Below are positions 59,799 to 64,000 of a DNA stretch of 64,000 bases, piece after piece; positions within the stretch are counted from its first letter, which is position 1; every line of letters starts with the position of its first letter. Both the position numbers and the translations under genes were made by a program. Under the pieces are notes generated by a model. It saw only the letters and a list, made by a program, of their open reading frames with translations, did no database searches and had not been told where the DNA came from. The stretch comes from Caldisphaera sp. (GTDB lineage Archaea; Thermoproteota; Thermoprotei_A; Sulfolobales; Acidilobaceae): contig JBMFKU010000003.1 of assembly GCA_049971805.1 (NCBI GenBank), forward strand, positions 21,288-85,287. The letters run 5' to 3'.

Positions 59799-60309
59799 AC
59801 AAAATAATAAGGATATTATTAACAGATATGATATCACATCAGATAGCTATGATGAACTTTATGGTGAAGAGCAGATAGAAAAATTTAATGAAGTATTTAA
59901 AAATATAGAGCCAAAAGGTAAAATAGCAGATATAGGCTGTGGCACAGGATTATTATTAGAATACTTAATAAATAATGATAAGTTTAAAAATGTTTATTTA
60001 TATGTCTGTTTCGACTTGAGCATAAATATGTTAAAAATAGCAAATGATAGAGCAATTAGGCATCATTGTGACAAATGCTTTATGATAAAGGGAAATGCTG
60101 AGTATTTACCGTTTAAAGATAAGGAATTTGATTATGTTTTTTCTTTTTCTACAGTCAATTTACTTGATAATCCCGATAAAAGTATCGAAGAAATGAAAAG
60201 AATTGGGAAAAATGTAATTATTTCTTTTGTTAAAAAATTAAAACTGGTTAAGGTAAAAGGATATATTATTGGAGAAACAGAAAAAGATTTTATATTAAGA
60301 GTAATTTAG
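59785..60309 (+). CDS. Class I SAM-dependent methyltransferase
   Basis: DIGCGTG, DLS..ML and AEYLPFKD..FD motifs. Confidence 0.88.
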   Translation: MEEAKQNNKDIINRYDITSDSYDELYGEEQIEKFNEVFKNIEPKGKIADIGCGTGLLLEYLINNDKFKNVYLYVCFDLSINMLKIANDRAIRHHCDKCFMIKGNAEYLPFKDKEFDYVFSFSTVNLLDNPDKSIEEMKRIGKNVIISFVKKLKLVKVKGYIIGETEKDFILRVI

Positions 60310-60585
60310 CTTATGTTCATACTTATACCATGGAGGGAATAAATAGACACTAGCAAAAGGCCCTCCTTCAGAAAACAATGTAATTATATATGAGCTATTT
60401 AATCCTAGTAATCTACCTGTGCAACATGCTTTTTTTGGTTCCTGTATTAATTTTTTTATAGATATCTTTAATTTTATATTAGGGTATAATTCAATTGTGA
60501 CAAAAGCATCGTAGCACTTTTCATTATAATTTTTTTGCTTTATTTCATTAATCCATATTCTTGGTAGTCTCAAATTGCTCACCAA
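60295..60585 (-). CDS. Small hypothetical protein
   Basis: SD GGTGA followed by TTG; 96 aa. Confidence 0.5.
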   Translation of the reverse strand: MVSNLRLPRIWINEIKQKNYNEKCYDAFVTIELYPNIKLKISIKKLIQEPKKACCTGRLLGLNSSYIITLFSEGGPFASVYLFPPWYKYEHKLNYS

Positions 60586-60660
60586 TATTATATATAGAGA
60601 GAAAAAGAATTATGTTTTTCGAAAATTTTAATGAAGTATTAAATGTTTCTTATAAATTAT

Positions 60661-61656
60661 TTATGGATTTATTTCTTCTTCACTAATTATTGGTTTTCTA
60701 TCTCTTGTGGGGTGTGCTTCATATATTTTTATTTTATATCCCTTAAAATAATTAGCATAGCTTGGATTAATCTTAATATTTTTATTATCCAATATTTCTG
60801 CCCATTTAACTGTACCATCTTTTGTAATTTCTTCATACCATCTTTTGTCATTTCTAGCCAAATTAATAAACCTGTTTTTTGTTTGTATAGAATCTTTAAA
60901 AGATGCTGGGCAGAAATGAACATTAATTTTTGAATTATCTTTAGCCCATTCCAGTACTTTTAATGCAGCCTCGTAAGAGCCCTTTACAACAAAGGGTCTA
61001 TTTTCATCTTCGCTTAGACCTCTGGATATTAATGCTATTGCATTTGGTTCAACAAATTCCATTTCATCTAAGTTTACAAAAGACCCTCCATTGGCTTCTA
61101 CATCATTGATTACATTTATAGCCCAATTTTCTAATCCTTTTGCTATTGGTATTTCTGCACCAACTTTCATCTCAGTCAATGAACTTGCATGTTTAATTGC
61201 GTTTTTGAAATAATCCTTCACTAGATGAAATCTGATTTCGTCAAGACCTGCTTTCCATAATGAAACTAACACATCTGGTGTAGCATACCTACCGCTTGTG
61301 TATAGATGTATGTGGAATTCTTTTCCAAAGGCTGATTTTAAAATTTTAATAAATTTTATTGTTCTGGGAAAGTTTGCTAGTGGATCTCCTCCAGTAATAC
61401 TTGCTCCTAAAGCTCCTTGCCTTTCTATTTCCAATAAAAGTTCTTTGGTGTTGTTAATACGCTCTTCATTAACAAAAACCAAATCTTTACCAAATCTATC
61501 TTTTCCAATCGGACAATAATAGCATGAGTCTCCACATATACCAGTTATAAATATTACTGCTTTTAAACCTGGGAAGCAAAGCTCGCAACCTCTTTCCATT
61601 TTTCCAATTATTAAGGCAAGCCTTCTATTTCCTAATAACTTTCTTTGATCCATCAT
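60661..61656 (-). CDS. Radical SAM protein (archaeal COG2108-like)
   Basis: GCELC, ITGIC...CYYCP, TGGDP, HIHLYT and GLDEIRFH motifs. Confidence 0.88.
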   Translation of the reverse strand: MMDQRKLLGNRRLALIIGKMERGCELCFPGLKAVIFITGICGDSCYYCPIGKDRFGKDLVFVNEERINNTKELLLEIERQGALGASITGGDPLANFPRTIKFIKILKSAFGKEFHIHLYTSGRYATPDVLVSLWKAGLDEIRFHLVKDYFKNAIKHASSLTEMKVGAEIPIAKGLENWAINVINDVEANGGSFVNLDEMEFVEPNAIALISRGLSEDENRPFVVKGSYEAALKVLEWAKDNSKINVHFCPASFKDSIQTKNRFINLARNDKRWYEEITKDGTVKWAEILDNKNIKINPSYANYFKGYKIKIYEAHPTRDRKPIISEEEINP

Positions 61657-61747
61657 ATACGGTACTCCTTACTAAAGTTTAATATCGTCCATATTATATA
61701 TATTATATAGTAGGGTTATTAAATAACTGTATTAGATGTGATCTGGT

Positions 61748-62728
61748 ATGGGAATAATACCTAGAAAAGTGCAAAGATTGGGTGCATCATCGTATGTAAT
61801 AACTTTGCCTCATTCATGGATTGAAACTCACAACATTAAGCCTGGGGATACTGTATATATAGTAGAAGATGAAGAAAAGCTGTCTATAGTGCCGTCTCAA
61901 AAAGAAGATGAAAATAAAAAGACTATATATGAATTAGATATAAGTAAAATTCCTATACCTGAAATAGCTTCTTTAGCAGTTTATTGTCTATATGTACATA
62001 ATTTAGGTGATACAATAATTAACTTAGGTAATTTAGGTAGAAAAGGACTAGAGGCTGTAAAAGCAGCAGCATTATCTCTTCTTGGTTTAGAAGTCTTTGA
62101 AGTTGGAGAATCCAAAATAATGATTAGACCGGTTATAGATGATTCTAAAATAGAAATAAAACAAGTTATTAAGGGACTGGGAATGAGTGTTTCAGAAATA
62201 GCAGGTATTTTACAAGATTCACTAAAGGGAATTGATGTAACGAAATCATTAGAATTAAGTCAAAAGGATTTGTTAAAGTATCAGCATTTGATTGAAAGGC
62301 ATGTTGTTGATACAATGCTTCATGGTAAAGGAGATGTCAGACTACATGCATTGGTTTTAGGCACTGGTCTTTTAGGTGTAGTTGGCTATCTAATATTAGA
62401 TGCAGCCGATAAGGTAAGCAAGATAAAATTACAATCTGAAGAGCTAAGTGTTATTGTTCAATCAATTAGAGATATTTTACCTCAATTAGGTTCTATAGTT
62501 GCGCAACCAAGCATAAAAAGAACCCAGGAATTATTATTGCAAACAATGGCGATATCCATGGATTTAGAAGATAGATCCTTAAATTCAAAATCCGTTGGCG
62601 AGACCATAGTTCTAACAAAAATAGTGGATGCAATGAAATTGCTAAATATAATATTATATGTAATAATATGCAGTGCAGCTACTTCAGATGAGTATTTAAA
62701 AAAAATAAATAATATTGTTAATTTATAA
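61748..62728 (+). CDS. Archaeal phosphate uptake regulator-like protein (AbrB N-terminus plus PhoU-like helices)
   Basis: RKVQRLG.SSY.ITLP..W.....KPGD.V. Confidence 0.8.
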   Translation: MGIIPRKVQRLGASSYVITLPHSWIETHNIKPGDTVYIVEDEEKLSIVPSQKEDENKKTIYELDISKIPIPEIASLAVYCLYVHNLGDTIINLGNLGRKGLEAVKAAALSLLGLEVFEVGESKIMIRPVIDDSKIEIKQVIKGLGMSVSEIAGILQDSLKGIDVTKSLELSQKDLLKYQHLIERHVVDTMLHGKGDVRLHALVLGTGLLGVVGYLILDAADKVSKIKLQSEELSVIVQSIRDILPQLGSIVAQPSIKRTQELLLQTMAISMDLEDRSLNSKSVGETIVLTKIVDAMKLLNIILYVIICSAATSDEYLKKINNIVNL

Positions 62729-62977
62729 TAAATTATTTATAGTATATTTTACATAATTTATAATATAAAGTAACAAGCAAACCAAGGCATTTATAATGGT
62801 AATAAAATAATATTTAATTTATGAATGGAAATAAAAAGAAAGTTAACTAATAGTGAGTAACTAATAATTGAAGAATATCTTGCTATGTTAATTATGGGAG
62901 GCATTGAATTAGTTCTTTTATAATATATCAATAAAAAAATTTAAGGCTAAAATTTTATATTTCATTTGTGATAAAAA

Positions 62978-63409
62978 ATGAGCGAAAAAGAGAAAATAAC
63001 CTCAGATGAAGTTGATATAGAATATGATAATGGGAAGGTTAATATTAAAAAGATAACAAGAAATGTGGAAAAGCTAGGCTTCAAAAACATAGTAACTCCA
63101 GATATGACAGATCCATTAGCTATCCCTCCGTTAAAATTGGTATCTTCAAAAGGACTATCAATAGAATTTTCTAGGAGAAGATTTTCTCTTCCTTTTTATC
63201 ACAGAAATATGGATTACGATGAGCTCGTAATATGTTTGAAAGGAAATGCATTATGGGAAACTGAAGCCGGTAATTTTGAGTTAAATGAAAATGAGATGCT
63301 TATTATACCAAGGGGAATAGCCCATAGACCAGTTAATCCTAGCAATGATTATATGGCTTTGGAAATAAAATCAAAAAATAAATTAGGTTTTTCAAAAATG
63401 AATCAATAG
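62978..63409 (+). CDS. Small cupin protein resembling the homogentisate 1,2-dioxygenase domain
   Basis: PFYHRNMDYDE and IIPRGIAHR motifs. Confidence 0.75.
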   Translation: MSEKEKITSDEVDIEYDNGKVNIKKITRNVEKLGFKNIVTPDMTDPLAIPPLKLVSSKGLSIEFSRRRFSLPFYHRNMDYDELVICLKGNALWETEAGNFELNENEMLIIPRGIAHRPVNPSNDYMALEIKSKNKLGFSKMNQ

Positions 63410-63584
63410 AATAATTTTTTATTTTTATAATATAACCTTAAATTTACATGATATAATAATAATTTTTTAGTTCTAAGCCTTAATAATACTAACTATTTCC
63501 CTACATTCTTTATATAACGCATAAACGTAAAGTCAATGCTCAAAAACTGTTTGGAAAGAAGCATCTTTGTTTTAAAATTTATGA

Positions 63585-64000
63585 TTACTTTTTTATAGAG
63601 GTTATTTTACCTAATAATGATCTTACAATAACCAGTTTCTGTACTTCGTTTGTTCCATCACCAATCTCTATCCCTTTTATGTCTCTATAATACCTCTCTA
63701 CATTGCTTTCTTTGCTATATCCAAACCCACCCTCTATTTGCATAGCCAATCTAACCAAATCCACTCCCCATTTAGCAGTTGCATATTTAGCCATCGATGA
63801 CCACATAGGGTAATCTATCTCATTATTATCAATTTTTTGGGCTGCATTGTAAATCAAAAGCCTAGAAGATTCTAATTTAATTTTCATATCAGCTATCATA
63901 TCTTGTATCATTTCATGTTCTATTATGGGTTTGCCCATTGCTTCCCTTATCTTAGCATAGTTTACTGATTCATCAAATGCAGCCTGCATTATACCTAAAC
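63585..64000 (-). CDS. Acyl-CoA dehydrogenase, C-terminal part (5' end outside the window)
   Basis: YAKIR..GKPI, SMAK, QIEGGFGY, ERYYRD and I.DGTNEVQ motifs. Confidence 0.92.
   Translation of the reverse strand, partial: LGIMQAAFDESVNYAKIREAMGKPIIEHEMIQDMIADMKIKLESSRLLIYNAAQKIDNNEIDYPMWSSMAKYATAKWGVDLVRLAMQIEGGFGYSKESNVERYYRDIKGIEIGDGTNEVQKLVIVRSLLGKITSIKK

Noticed and set aside
1315-61519. Many short ORFs antisense to or nested within known genes (e.g. 1315-1497, 14115-14471, 25676-25996, 53875-54207, 56283-56645, 60643-60933)
   Set aside because: They are shadow frames of well-supported genes, with biased composition and no motifs
1-64000. CRISPR array, rRNA, integrase, att duplicate of the tRNA or replication origin
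   Set aside because: By eye I found no regularly spaced repeats, long GC-rich RNA gene, recombinase ORF, partial tRNA copy or cdc6 gene

Overview
Very AT-rich archaeal chromosome segment. The gene content (XPB-Bax1, type 2 IPP isomerase, archaeal GluRS and PheRS, MptA, TIP49, AOR, IOR, KEOPS Kae1/Bud32, S24e/S27ae) and GGTGA-type ribosome-binding sites point to a thermophilic crenarchaeon, probably Acidilobales/Desulfurococcales-like; this is inferred, not looked up. The window is mostly housekeeping and catabolic genes, with one intronless tRNA-Arg(CCG) and no rRNA or CRISPR array. Points not explained by the ORF track: (1) three genes whose conserved N-termini have no in-frame ATG/GTG/TTG but have ACG or ATT exactly where a start is expected after the SD motif, plus two further ACG candidates; (2) a ~220 bp direct repeat flanking a 3.9 kb cassette with a K+ channel and an internally duplicated GT-C glycosyltransferase; (3) two IS200/IS605-type end remnants, one forming a ~285 bp ORF-less element that could encode an orphan TnpB omega-RNA; (4) a single-base frameshift in a GH15 glucoamylase; (5) an Nnr protein whose dehydratase motifs are degenerate.
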